From NCBI GenBank assembly GCA_023251915.1, contig JAHEXW010000006.1, positions 1,489 to 65,488 of the forward strand: DNA of 64,000 bases, in the 5' to 3' direction. Every line of letters starts with the position of its first letter. Positions within the stretch are counted from its first letter, which is position 1. The stretch is from Actinomycetes bacterium. GTDB taxonomy: Bacteria > Actinomycetota > JAHEXW01. Of this stretch, positions 52,962 to 62,775 are shown in pieces. The notes beneath the pieces are model-generated. The model searched no databases and was not told the DNA's origin. It was given only the letters and a program-made list of their open reading frames with translations. The translations under genes and the position numbers were made by a program.

Positions 52962-53756
52962 CTAGAGTATCGCCGCTATCGTTGCCTGCCGCCCGCACAC
53001 TTTGGCGCGGCGGTATGAAAAGAACAGGTCTTCCCGGCAGGCGGTGCATAACCCGCTGACGGAGATATTCTCGGCCGGTATTCCGGCGGCTTGAATCTCG
53101 TCGGCCGCGATTCCCGGCGTATCAAGATAAATCTTGCCGTTCCGGCGTTCAGTTCTGGCGGCCGCGAACAGCGCCGCGCGCTCGGGATCTACGTCGTAAC
53201 AACACACGCCGATCGCCGGACCGACAAAGGCGATTATATCACCTACGCGCCCCCCGCTGTCGGCTCGCAATGCCTCGATTGCGGCCGTCACAATGTTAGA
53301 GTATAGACCCTTGTAGCCCGCGTGGACAACCGCCGTGCGACGGGTTTCCGGATCGACCAGAATTACCGGAACGCAGTCAGCGGTGAATACGGCGATCGGT
53401 GTCCTCTTGAGGCCTGTGACCAGAGCGTCCGTATCGGGGATGGCGGATTCGTAATCAGCCGCGCCGGCGCCCGCGTTCCTCTCGTCAACAATCGCCACGT
53501 TACGGCTATGCGTTTGCTGGGCGGTCGTGAGACGCTCGGCATCCAGGTCTAACGCGGCCGCCAGGCGTTGCCGGTTGGTTTGGATGTTGGCAATATCGTC
53601 GCCGACGTGCGCGGCTAAATTCAGCGTGTTGTAAGGAGCCGGACTGACGCCGCCCTGGCGAGTAGTGAAGGCAATAAGTATTGACCTCTCACGGAGTAAC
53701 TCCGGAGAGGCCAATACAGGTAAACCATTTACGGTTGTGAGTTCTAATTTATACAT
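52962..53756 (-). CDS. pgeF: Peptidoglycan editing factor PgeF (YfiH/YlmD, laccase-domain protein)
   Basis: Conserved His/Cys motifs of the DUF152/YfiH family. Canonical position downstream of ftsZ. Confidence 0.85.
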   Translation of the reverse strand: MYKLELTTVNGLPVLASPELLRERSILIAFTTRQGGVSPAPYNTLNLAAHVGDDIANIQTNRQRLAAALDLDAERLTTAQQTHSRNVAIVDERNAGAGAADYESAIPDTDALVTGLKRTPIAVFTADCVPVILVDPETRRTAVVHAGYKGLYSNIVTAAIEALRADSGGRVGDIIAFVGPAIGVCCYDVDPERAALFAAARTERRNGKIYLDTPGIAADEIQAAGIPAENISVSGLCTACREDLFFSYRRAKVCGRQATIAAIL

Positions 53757-53762
53757 AGCCGC

Positions 53763-53828
53763 TACGCGTCATTGCGAGAAGCCTGGTCTTTGGCGACCTG
53801 CCTGCCGGCAGGCAGGCGAAGCAACCTC
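53763..53828. repeat. Intergenic repeat family copy C (TACGCGTCATTGCGAG...perfect 20-bp palindrome CCTGCCTGCCGGCAGGCAGG...GCAACCTC)
   Basis: Read directly. Near-identical architecture to copy A at 35412-35465. Confidence 0.55.
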
Positions 53829-53840
53829 TCAGTCAGCGCC

Positions 53841-54908
53841 CTAGTCTCTTCTCAAGAAAGTCGGGATGTCGAGATCTTTGTCGTCTCCGAAGAGAACCTC
53901 TTCGTGCGGCTCCTCGTCGCCCTCGATCGTTTCCGCCAGTTTCTTGGTCCCGCCGGTCGCTTTGTCGAAGCCGGTCGCAATAACCGTTACTCTGACCTCG
54001 TCCTTTAAGGTCGGGTCGATTACCGCGCCGAAAATGATGTTGGCTTCGGGGTCGGCCGCGCCGGAGATGATCTCCGCCGCCTCGTTAACCTCGAACAGAC
54101 CCAGGTTATCGCCGCCGCTGATGTTGAGCAGCACGCCGCGCGCGCCTTCGATGCTGGCTTCGAGAAGCGGGCTGGAGATGGCCGCTTTGGCCGCGGATAC
54201 CGCTCTCTCTTCCCCGCTGGAAATACCGATGCCCATCATCGCCGTACCGGCGTCCGTCATGATTGTCCGCACATCAGCGAAGTCTAGGTTTATCAGGCCG
54301 GGAACGGTGATCAAGTCGGTAATGCCCTGAACACCCTGGCGCAGAACGTCGTCCGCGACGCGAAACGCTTCAATGATCGATGTTTGCTTGTCAACGACCT
54401 GCAGCAAGCGGTCGTTGGGGATGACGATCATGGTGTCGACTTTTTCCTTGAGCTTCAAAATACCGTCGTCGGCTTGAAAGGCGCGCTTGCGTCCCTCGAA
54501 TCCGAACGGCCGGGTGACTACGCCAACGGTGAGGGCGCCGATTTCTTCCTTGGCGATCTCGGCGATGATCGGGGCCGCACCGGTGCCGGTGCCACCGCCC
54601 TTACCCGCCGTCACGAAGACCATGTCCGCGCCCGCGAGCGCCGCCTTGAGTTCGTCCCGGCTTTCTTCGGCCGCCGCCCGTCCTACCTGAGGGTCGCTGC
54701 CGGCGCCCAAGCCGCGCGTCAATTGGTCGCCGATGTGAACCTTTTGGTCGGCGTCGCTCATAAGAAGCGCCTGTGCGTCAGTGTTGACGGCTATGAACTC
54801 AACGCCCTTGAGGCCGGCGTCAATCATGCGGTTAACGGCGTTAGTGCCGCCGCCGCCCACGCCGACGACTTTAATGACGGCCAGATACGTTTGTGTCGGA
54901 TCAGTCAC
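53841..54908 (-). CDS. ftsZ: Cell division GTPase FtsZ
   Basis: Tubulin signature GGGTGTG. N-terminal [18 protein letters not shown]. Confidence 0.95.
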   Translation of the reverse strand: MTDPTQTYLAVIKVVGVGGGGTNAVNRMIDAGLKGVEFIAVNTDAQALLMSDADQKVHIGDQLTRGLGAGSDPQVGRAAAEESRDELKAALAGADMVFVTAGKGGGTGTGAAPIIAEIAKEEIGALTVGVVTRPFGFEGRKRAFQADDGILKLKEKVDTMIVIPNDRLLQVVDKQTSIIEAFRVADDVLRQGVQGITDLITVPGLINLDFADVRTIMTDAGTAMMGIGISSGEERAVSAAKAAISSPLLEASIEGARGVLLNISGGDNLGLFEVNEAAEIISGAADPEANIIFGAVIDPTLKDEVRVTVIATGFDKATGGTKKLAETIEGDEEPHEEVLFGDDKDLDIPTFLRRD

Positions 54909-55025
54909 TTTGTTACCTCCTAGGCAAGGTGTTTAACCTTGATTTGTGGTTATAACTCGTTACTACATATTAAAGTAAACCTAAAGTAAGTATAGAAGTC
55001 AAGTTACAAGATTTCAGAGCTCAAG

Positions 55026-56315
55026 TTATAGTTTAGTGTTCTTGCGGCCGAGAACCGTGACAGAGATTGTCTCGCTAAACCAATTCTTGATACGCCCTGT
55101 GATGTCGGCCAGCGATGCTTGGCCGCCGACGTCCCTCTCTTCCGCCGCGGCGTGCGCGGCGCTATAGAGCAGAAGACCGACGCCTGTGGCGTATACGCCG
55201 TTCTTGACGATGGCCGCGGGCCCGGTGATATTCGTCGGGCGGCCGACGCGAGCCGGCACCCCGAGAGACTCGTGGGCCAGCTTCTCGATGCCTTTCAGCT
55301 GGCTGGCGCCGCCTGTCAAAACGATGCCGCCGGCGAGAAGCTTGGTCATCCCAGCGGCGTCCAGTTCCCTTTTGACCATCGCGAACATCTCTTCCATGCG
55401 CGCTCCGATGATATCAGCCAGATTGGCGGTCAGTACACTACGCGCCCTATGGCTATAGATGTCTTTAACTTTGATTACGGCGGTCGGGTCGGCCAGTCGG
55501 CGTGACGCCAACCCGCTCTTGATCTTAATCGCTTCGGCTTCTTCCAGCGACACCCGCAGGCCGACGGCAACGTCGCGCGTCACGTGATTCCCGCCAAACG
55601 GCAGGACCTTGGTGTGACAGATATTGCCTTCGTTGAAAACCGCCAGGTCTGTCGTTCCCCCGCCGATATCGATCAGCGCCGTCCCCAGCTCGCGCTCGTC
55701 CGGCGTCAGTACCGCCTCAGCCGAGGCAATCGGTTCCAGCACGATGTCGCTAACACCGATGCCCGCCATTTGCACACACTTCACAAGATTGGCGATCGAT
55801 GGGATGGCGCCCAAGACAATATGGGTTTTTACCTCGATCAGCTTGGCCGACATTCCCAAAGGCTCGAGCACGCCGTCGACCCCGTCTAAGATGAACTCAC
55901 GCGGAATGGCGTGGATGACACGATATCCCTGGGGCACTTGCGCATTCAGCGATTTGTGAATTACGCGGTCGCGCAGCTTGGCGTCTATCACGCGGCCGCT
56001 CTTGCGCACTGTCACGGCCGCTGAGTTGTTGGTCGACATAACATGGTCGCCGGCAATGCCGACCACGGCATGCTCGGGCGTCAGCCCGGCAGAGCGCGCG
56101 GCCTCGTCCAGCGCCCCGCGAATCGACGCGACCGTTTTGGCGATGTCGACGACAACCCCTTTCCGCAAACCCCGACTCGGGCTCTGTCCTACCCCGATTA
56201 TCTCGGGCGGCTGTCCGGGGCCCTCGCGGGCTACCAGCGCGCAAACTTTTGTCGTGCCTACGTCCAGCCCGACGATTATCCGCTCTTCAGATTCAAATAG
56301 GTTATTTTGACTCAT
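55026..56315 (-). CDS. ftsA: Cell division protein FtsA
   Basis: Actin-like ATPase motifs (VGLDVGTTKV, DIGGGTTD). Confidence 0.9.
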   Translation of the reverse strand: MSQNNLFESEERIIVGLDVGTTKVCALVAREGPGQPPEIIGVGQSPSRGLRKGVVVDIAKTVASIRGALDEAARSAGLTPEHAVVGIAGDHVMSTNNSAAVTVRKSGRVIDAKLRDRVIHKSLNAQVPQGYRVIHAIPREFILDGVDGVLEPLGMSAKLIEVKTHIVLGAIPSIANLVKCVQMAGIGVSDIVLEPIASAEAVLTPDERELGTALIDIGGGTTDLAVFNEGNICHTKVLPFGGNHVTRDVAVGLRVSLEEAEAIKIKSGLASRRLADPTAVIKVKDIYSHRARSVLTANLADIIGARMEEMFAMVKRELDAAGMTKLLAGGIVLTGGASQLKGIEKLAHESLGVPARVGRPTNITGPAAIVKNGVYATGVGLLLYSAAHAAAEERDVGGQASLADITGRIKNWFSETISVTVLGRKNTKL

Positions 56316-56409
56316 ATACCCCTACCGTCATCCTGGGGCTGCGATCTTTGCAGCCGCAGGACCTGACACGTTTCTTTCTTTACCGGCTAACCTCGTGCGT
56401 GGAAAATCG

Positions 56410-57189
56410 CTACCCGATCGCTTTCGCCGCAGGATTAGATGGGACCCTGACGTCGATGTATTGCCAATTCTTACCCTCGTTGGCGGCTTCCGTCAAGATT
56501 ACCTTAATGGCGTAGTTCTTTTGTTTAATCATCTCCGCCTTCCCGTACATGATTATCGGGCCGCTCTTTAATTTGAACGACATCCCGTCGATGGAGGGCG
56601 CCGCTATTGATCCCACAGACGCCGCCAGATCCTTATCGAGTCCGGCCAGCGCCTCAAGTGCATTCCTAACCGACGGGCTGGCGAAACGCTCCCCGATCTC
56701 CTTCTCGTCTTCGACCGGCGCGTTGGAGACGACCGCTTGGCCGGGAAAGACGTTTGTGTCTTTCCGGTCGATTACAATCCTGTTCTTGTCGACCAGATAG
56801 AACCTGGCGCCCATGACAATCACCGCTGCCGGCTGCCGTTCAGCGATTTTGATTACGACCCTTAGGGGCAACCGCCGCGTAACGGTCGCTGACTCGATCC
56901 ACGATTCTCCCAGCAAGCGCCGCCGTACGTCTGCCGTGCGCCAATCAAAGATGTTGGTCTTGGTCGTCAAGCCCGACAACTTCGCCACCCGGGCCGTCGT
57001 TAACCGCTTGTTGCCGCTGATATCGATTCGCGTGATGTCCAGGTAGTCTGACTTTGCCAGGATAAACAGAGCCTCGGCGGCGATAGCCAGCAAAAGCAGG
57101 CCGCTCAGCCATTTCAGCTGTTTGTTTCGACGTTGTTCGATAAGTAGACGGCGTTTGGCGGCCGCGCTCGACGTTTTGGTTTTTTTCAC
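56410..57189 (-). CDS. ftsQ: Cell division protein FtsQ/DivIB
   Basis: N-terminal TM anchor plus POTRA-like domain. Position between ddl and ftsA. Confidence 0.75.
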   Translation of the reverse strand: MKKTKTSSAAAKRRLLIEQRRNKQLKWLSGLLLLAIAAEALFILAKSDYLDITRIDISGNKRLTTARVAKLSGLTTKTNIFDWRTADVRRRLLGESWIESATVTRRLPLRVVIKIAERQPAAVIVMGARFYLVDKNRIVIDRKDTNVFPGQAVVSNAPVEDEKEIGERFASPSVRNALEALAGLDKDLAASVGSIAAPSIDGMSFKLKSGPIIMYGKAEMIKQKNYAIKVILTEAANEGKNWQYIDVRVPSNPAAKAIG

Positions 57190-57201
57190 GTGTAGTTTCT
57201 T

Positions 57202-58149
57202 CTATTGTTTAGGTTTGAGTTTCAGTGAGGCGCCGCGCATAATCGTCTCGACCAGGTCTTCAAACTCTATGCCGGCAGCCGCCGCGGCTTTCGGCACGAG
57301 GCTTGTTTCCGTCAGACCGGGCATCGTATTAACCTCGAGACAGACGAAACGGCCGCCCGGCTCCAGAATAAAATCAACTCGGGAAACGTCGGCGCAACCA
57401 ATAGCCGAGTGCGCCGCAACCGCCTGTTCTTGCAGACGCGCCGTTATCTCCGGCTCAAGTTCCGCCGGACAAATATACTCAGTCATCCCGGGGGTATACT
57501 TAGACTCATAATCATAGAAGCCTCCGGCCGCCCGGACCTCGACCAATGGCAAAGCGCGGGGAGGCGATCCTATCACGGCAGCGGTCAACAACCGACCGTC
57601 GACAAACTCTTCCACTAAGACAAGGTCGTCATAGCGATAGGCTTCGGCCACGGCGGGCGCTAGTCCCGCCTCTTCTTGAACGACCGTGACGCCGATAGTC
57701 GAGCCTTCCCGGCTCGGTTTCACGATCACCGGATATTTGGCGACCGGCCCGGCGGCCGGGTACTCGTCCGCCACCGGAATACCCCGCGAACGAAAGACGG
57801 CTTTGGTCATGATCTTGTCCATCGCGAGCGCGCTGGCCATGACGCCTGATCCCGTGTAAGGAATGTCCATCAGTTCCAAAAGGCCTTGGATAGTCCCGTC
57901 TTCGCCGTAACGGCCGTGCAAAGCGATGAAGACGGCGTCCGGCCGTATCTCGTCTAAGCGCTTCCAAACCGGCCCGGCCGCGTCAATCTTGCAGGCGTCG
58001 TAGCCTCGCGCAGTGAGCGCCTTATATACGGCCTCGCCTGTCTTTAGCGAGACTTCCCGTTCCGCCGATCGGCCGCCCAGCAAAACACCGATCTTGCCTA
58101 GTCTGACCGGCGCCGCTGCGTAACGTCCGGCTCTGTCATCAACCATCAA
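57202..58149 (-). CDS. ddl: D-alanine--D-alanine ligase
   Basis: ATP-grasp motifs and Ddl signature (GGRSAEREVSL, EVNTMPG). Confidence 0.9.
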   Translation of the reverse strand: MMVDDRAGRYAAAPVRLGKIGVLLGGRSAEREVSLKTGEAVYKALTARGYDACKIDAAGPVWKRLDEIRPDAVFIALHGRYGEDGTIQGLLELMDIPYTGSGVMASALAMDKIMTKAVFRSRGIPVADEYPAAGPVAKYPVIVKPSREGSTIGVTVVQEEAGLAPAVAEAYRYDDLVLVEEFVDGRLLTAAVIGSPPRALPLVEVRAAGGFYDYESKYTPGMTEYICPAELEPEITARLQEQAVAAHSAIGCADVSRVDFILEPGGRFVCLEVNTMPGLTETSLVPKAAAAAGIEFEDLVETIMRGASLKLKPKQ

Positions 58150-59024
58150 AATTCCCCGACCAATTCGACTTCCCGCTCCAGCTCCGTATGGCTGTATTCT
58201 TTGACCCTGTCCTGCACTTGTTCTATCAGAGTCAGCACGTCCCGCGCGGTTGCTTCCCCGACATTCAGGATAAAGTTCGCGTGCATCCGACTGACCACAG
58301 CACCCCCGACTTGCATTCCCTTACAGCCAGCCTTTTCTATCAGCTGGGCGGCGTGCTTGAATTGCGGGTTCTTAAAGACGCTGCCCGCCGTTCTTGCTTC
58401 GATGGGTTGTGTTCGTCTTTTTTGGTCTAGAGCCTCGACGATTTCAGCGGTCACCTCAGCCGGGTCGCCCGGCTCCAGACGAAAAGTCGCGCTCAGAATT
58501 ATGCCTTTCTCCTTGATGTTGCTCATCCGGTAGCCAAGCTTGATATCTGCAACCGTTAACATCTCTACCTCGCCTTGAGGGTTAAGTATCGTTAGGGTCT
58601 CGGCGATGTCCGACATTGTACCCCCGTGACCGCCGGCGTTCATCACCATGGCGCCCCCGACCGTGCCCGGAATGCCGGCCGCGAACGCGATGCCTTCCAG
58701 GCTCTTCTTACGCGCCGTGGTGACCAATGTTCCCAGTTTAACGCCCGCTTCGGCCATAATGACGTTGTGTTTGATGCCGACGCCCGTAAAGCTTCCGCGC
58801 AACTTGATGACCAGACCTTGATATCCTTTGTCGCCGACCAAAAGGTTGCTGCCGTTGCCGATCACGAAATGAGGAACGCCAAGACGGCCTGCCTCTTTGA
58901 CAGCCGCAATCAACTCGTCGGTGTCGACGACCTGCGCGAAATACCGTGCCGGCCCGCCGATCTGCCAAGTCGTATGTTCGGCGAGACTTTCGTTTTCAAT
59001 AATATTAAGCTTCATAATCCGCAA
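58146..59024 (-). CDS. murB: UDP-N-acetylenolpyruvoylglucosamine reductase MurB
   Basis: FAD-binding PCMH-type domain (GGPARYF, IGNGSNLL) and MurB C-terminal domain. Confidence 0.9.
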   Translation of the reverse strand: MRIMKLNIIENESLAEHTTWQIGGPARYFAQVVDTDELIAAVKEAGRLGVPHFVIGNGSNLLVGDKGYQGLVIKLRGSFTGVGIKHNVIMAEAGVKLGTLVTTARKKSLEGIAFAAGIPGTVGGAMVMNAGGHGGTMSDIAETLTILNPQGEVEMLTVADIKLGYRMSNIKEKGIILSATFRLEPGDPAEVTAEIVEALDQKRRTQPIEARTAGSVFKNPQFKHAAQLIEKAGCKGMQVGGAVVSRMHANFILNVGEATARDVLTLIEQVQDRVKEYSHTELEREVELVGEF

Positions 59025-60390
59025 GCTCCTCCAGTAGCTCTTCCCCCAGGACCCAAATGTCGCCGGCGCCCAGGGTCAGGAAGATATCCCCGCCCGCCAG
59101 CCGGCCGGCCGCATAGCCGCTTATGTCCGCCTTCTTGGGAAAGTAAGCGACGTCCTTGAATGGATCTTCCTCCAGAATGTAATCAACGATAAGCTTGCCG
59201 TCAACACCGGGGATAGGCTCCTCTCCCGCGGCGTATACGTCGGTCACGATAACCGTGTCCGCGTCCGCGAAGGCGCGTCCGAAATCGGCGCCCAGCAGGC
59301 TGGTGCGGCTGTAGCGGTGCGGTTGAAACGCCGCGACCACCCGGCGCCAGTCGCCGCTTTTGGCGGCGCGCAGTGTGGCCGCTACCTCGCTCGGATGGTG
59401 GGCATAGTCGTCAACCACCGTAATCGCGTGCTCAGAGCCCTTCATCTGGAACCTCCGCCTCACACCCGTGAAGGCCTCTACGCCCGCGGCGGCCGCCGCA
59501 AACGTTAAGCCGAGAGTCATTCCCAGGGTGATGACCGCCAAGGCGTTAGAGACGTTGTGAACGCCCGGCTGGGTGATCGTCGCCTCGCCTAACCTTTCGG
59601 CGCCCCGCCAGACTGTGAACGTCGCACCCGCCGAGCCGGTTCTGATGTCAGCGGCCCGCCATTCTGCCTCGTCGTTGTCCAAGCCATAGGTGATAAGATT
59701 CGCTTTTAGCTCCGGCATTATTTCACATAGCGCCGGACTATCGACGCAGACTATCGCGGCGCCGTTAGCCGGCAAATTATTAACGAATTCAATGAACACC
59801 TTTTGGATGTCGGCCAGCGAATCGTAAAAGTCCAAATGATCGGCTTCAATGTTGGTGATGACCGCGATTTCTGGTCGGAGATTCAATAAGCTGGCGTCGC
59901 TTTCGTCCGCCTCCGCGACAATGAATTCGCCGGTGCCGTTCTTGGCGCCGCTGCCGACATCGTTCAACTCTCCGCCGATCAGATAGGTCGGCTCCAGACC
60001 GCCCGCGTCCATCATGACGGCTGCCATCGACGTCGTGGTCGTCTTACCGTGCGTGCCGGCAATCGCGATTCCTCGCTTGGTTTCCATTAGTTTCGCCAGC
60101 AATTGGGCCCGTTGCATGATTACGGCGCCGGCTTCCCGTGCCGCAACCAGTTCAGGATTGTCAGCGCGGATAGCCGATGATACGACAACTGTGGCGTCCG
60201 CAGCGATGTTCTTCGCGTCGTGGCCGATCGCGACACTCGCGCCCAAGCCGGACAAGGCTTTCGTGTTGGCGCTTTCTTTAATGTCCGACCCTGAGACGTC
60301 ATATCCGATCGAGATGAAGACCTGGGCAAGACAGCTCATCCCCGCCCCGCCGATACCTATGAAGTGCAGTTGTTCTTTTGGTTTACTCAA
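59005..60390 (-). CDS. murC: UDP-N-acetylmuramate--L-alanine ligase MurC
   Basis: HFIGIGGAGMS N-terminus. Mur ligase ATP-binding GTHGKTTTT. Confidence 0.9.
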   Translation of the reverse strand: MSKPKEQLHFIGIGGAGMSCLAQVFISIGYDVSGSDIKESANTKALSGLGASVAIGHDAKNIAADATVVVSSAIRADNPELVAAREAGAVIMQRAQLLAKLMETKRGIAIAGTHGKTTTTSMAAVMMDAGGLEPTYLIGGELNDVGSGAKNGTGEFIVAEADESDASLLNLRPEIAVITNIEADHLDFYDSLADIQKVFIEFVNNLPANGAAIVCVDSPALCEIMPELKANLITYGLDNDEAEWRAADIRTGSAGATFTVWRGAERLGEATITQPGVHNVSNALAVITLGMTLGLTFAAAAAGVEAFTGVRRRFQMKGSEHAITVVDDYAHHPSEVAATLRAAKSGDWRRVVAAFQPHRYSRTSLLGADFGRAFADADTVIVTDVYAAGEEPIPGVDGKLIVDYILEEDPFKDVAYFPKKADISGYAAGRLAGGDIFLTLGAGDIWVLGEELLEELADYEA

Positions 60391-60518
60391 ACTCGCGCCC
60401 TTGTCACCATGGTTTTCGCCACCGGCCGCCGGTCTAAAGACTGGCGGCTACATTTAAGGCGCCGGTTTTTTACGCCCATGTCATCCTTGTGTTCCTTGTA
60501 TTCCGTATACTCCTCCAT

Positions 60519-61625
60519 TTATTCTACTTTATTCGCCAGTTCTATAACCAGATTCGCCAGCTTTGTCGCGGCATCGGGATAACCGGCGGCCACAGCTGCT
60601 TTCGCCATATCCGTGAGTTTTTGACTGTCGCTTAACAACTCGCCGACCAGCGCGCTCAGTGACGCGGCCGTTAACTCGGCATCGGGCAAAACCGCTGCCG
60701 CTCCCGCGTTTACCGCCACAGCCGCATTCTTGGTTTGATGATCATTAGCCGCATAGGGGTAAGGAATAAGGACGGCCGGTACCCCATACGCCGCCAGCTC
60801 CGCCAGAGTGCTGGCGCCGGCCCGGCAAATTACTAGATCGGAGGCGCGATAGGCAAGCCCCATATCGTCTAAGTAGGGCAACATCTTGACGTGGGGATTT
60901 GCTCCGGCCGCGCTCCAGGCGTTGACTATGTCGCCGAAATCGCGGGCACCTGTCAAGTGCAGAATCGCTGTCTGAGGTCCTGCCAGCGCCGCATAGGCGC
61001 GGACAGCCTCGTTGTTTAGATGCCGGGCTCCCTGGCTGCCGCCAAAGATGGTGACGACCCGACCCGTCTCGGGCAACTCAAGCTCGCGGCGCGCCTCCCC
61101 GCGGTCGGTAGTCAAACGATCCAGCCTAATGGGATTACCGGTTACGACCAGGCGCTTGGATTTCGGCCACCCTTTTTTGGCAGCCGGGCCGGCTATCGCG
61201 ATAGCGTCCGCGAGACGGCCGAGATACCGGTTAGCCATACCGGGAACAACGTTTTGCTCTTGGATCACGACCGGCACTCCCCGCGCCTTGGCGGTTCTAA
61301 TGACAGGGAATGTTACGGCGCCGCCGAATCCTATGCCTACGTCCGGTTTGAATTCGTCGAGCCAAGCCCCGGCGCGTTTGGCGGCCCGGTTAATCTTATA
61401 CGCGTTCGTGACCAACTCCGGCGATAATTTCCGCCGGAATCCGGGCGCATCCAGACGCCGGAACGCATACCCGGCGCGCTCGACCAGCTCACTTTCCATT
61501 TCGCCGGCCCCTGTTATAAAGAGGATGTCCTCGCGTTTAACTCGTGGCTCTAGTGCCGCGGCCAGAGCGAGCGCGGGGTACAGGTGTCCGCCCGTTCCTC
61601 CCGCGGAAATAATCACTCGCATCAA
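60519..61625 (-). CDS. murG: Undecaprenyldiphospho-muramoylpentapeptide beta-N-acetylglucosaminyltransferase MurG
   Basis: MMRVIISAGGTGGHLYPALA N-terminus, canonical MurG G-loop. Confidence 0.9.
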   Translation of the reverse strand: MMRVIISAGGTGGHLYPALALAAALEPRVKREDILFITGAGEMESELVERAGYAFRRLDAPGFRRKLSPELVTNAYKINRAAKRAGAWLDEFKPDVGIGFGGAVTFPVIRTAKARGVPVVIQEQNVVPGMANRYLGRLADAIAIAGPAAKKGWPKSKRLVVTGNPIRLDRLTTDRGEARRELELPETGRVVTIFGGSQGARHLNNEAVRAYAALAGPQTAILHLTGARDFGDIVNAWSAAGANPHVKMLPYLDDMGLAYRASDLVICRAGASTLAELAAYGVPAVLIPYPYAANDHQTKNAAVAVNAGAAAVLPDAELTAASLSALVGELLSDSQKLTDMAKAAVAAGYPDAATKLANLVIELANKVE

Positions 61626-62775
61626 TTATCCCTTCGTTTGATTTTCTCTCGTGTGAGGCAATGTTCAAGAGTACGCCGACCGCGGCCAGCGTAAACGACA
61701 GCGAAGTACCGCCATAACTGACAAAAGGCAGCGGCACGCCTGTGATCGGCAGAATACCGGACACCGCCCCCATGTTCAAGATAGCCTGCACCATTATCAT
61801 GGCGGTGATGCCGGTTGCGATGAGACGGTCGAAATGCGTTGTCGCCCGCAAGGCGATCTTAACGCCGGCATAAGCCAAGACGCCGAACGCGACAACAACG
61901 GCCATGGTTCCCAAGAGGCCGAATTCCTCTCCGATTATGGCTAGAATGAAGTCGGTGTGCGCCGCCGGCAAATAGAAGAATTTTTGTTTACTCATGCCCA
62001 GCCCGACACCGACCCAATGGCCGCTGCCGAGAGCAATTAGTGACTGGATGATCTGAAAACCGCTGTTCTGCGGGTCCTTCCAGGGGTTTAGGAAGGACGT
62101 AAAGCGGGTCAGCCGGTAACCTTCGGTAGCGATCAACACGGCGACCGCCGCGACCGCCGACCCGCCTAAGGCCAAAAGATGGCGCCAGCGCGCCCCTGCC
62201 ACCAGCAGCATGATGAAGATTACCCCTGCGGCAATCAGGGTTGTGCCTAAGTCCGGCTGCAGCATGATCAATATGGCCATCACGCCAAAGGCGGGCAGGA
62301 CGGGCATCGCCATCTCCCGCCATTCCCCGATGCTCTCTCGCTTCTTGGCCAGATAGGTCGCGGCGAAGAGAATCAGTGCGAACTTGGCAATCTCGGATGG
62401 CTGAAAACGGACCGGGCCCAGATCGATCCACCGGCTGGCGCCATTCGCCGCAATGCCGTACCCGGTCACCAGTACCATGGCCAGCAAGCCGGCCGTAATC
62501 ACATACAGGATGACGGCATAGCGCCGGACAAACCGCCAGTCGGTTCGGGCCAGGATGAACATCCCGACAAACCCAAAGATCATCCAGACCAATTGTTTCT
62601 TGATGAAATAGAAGCTATCCCCGTAATCTGCCAGGGCCGTTGCGTGGCTAGCACTAAAGACCATGACCACGCCAAATAGAGACAAGGCCACAACGATGCC
62701 CAGCAGCAGATAATAGCTTCCGCCCGTTTCCGCCGTCGCCCGGCGAGCCGGTTGTTTTGCTGCGCGTTTAGCCAT
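61537..62775 (-). CDS. ftsW: Peptidoglycan glycosyltransferase FtsW (SEDS family)
   Basis: 10-TM SEDS protein with conserved motifs (LPAAHTDFI, SYGGTSL). The C-terminal tail overlaps the murG start by ~89 nt. Confidence 0.85.
   Translation of the reverse strand: MAKRAAKQPARRATAETGGSYYLLLGIVVALSLFGVVMVFSASHATALADYGDSFYFIKKQLVWMIFGFVGMFILARTDWRFVRRYAVILYVITAGLLAMVLVTGYGIAANGASRWIDLGPVRFQPSEIAKFALILFAATYLAKKRESIGEWREMAMPVLPAFGVMAILIMLQPDLGTTLIAAGVIFIMLLVAGARWRHLLALGGSAVAAVAVLIATEGYRLTRFTSFLNPWKDPQNSGFQIIQSLIALGSGHWVGVGLGMSKQKFFYLPAAHTDFILAIIGEEFGLLGTMAVVVAFGVLAYAGVKIALRATTHFDRLIATGITAMIMVQAILNMGAVSGILPITGVPLPFVSYGGTSLSFTLAAVGVLLNIASHERKSNEGIIDASDYFRGRNGRTPVPRARSGRGTRATS

Noticed and set aside
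60420-60460. Hairpin (GCCGCCGGTCT..AGACTGGCGGC) between murG and murC
   Set aside because: No U-tract on either strand. Probably incidental secondary structure inside an operon rather than a terminator.
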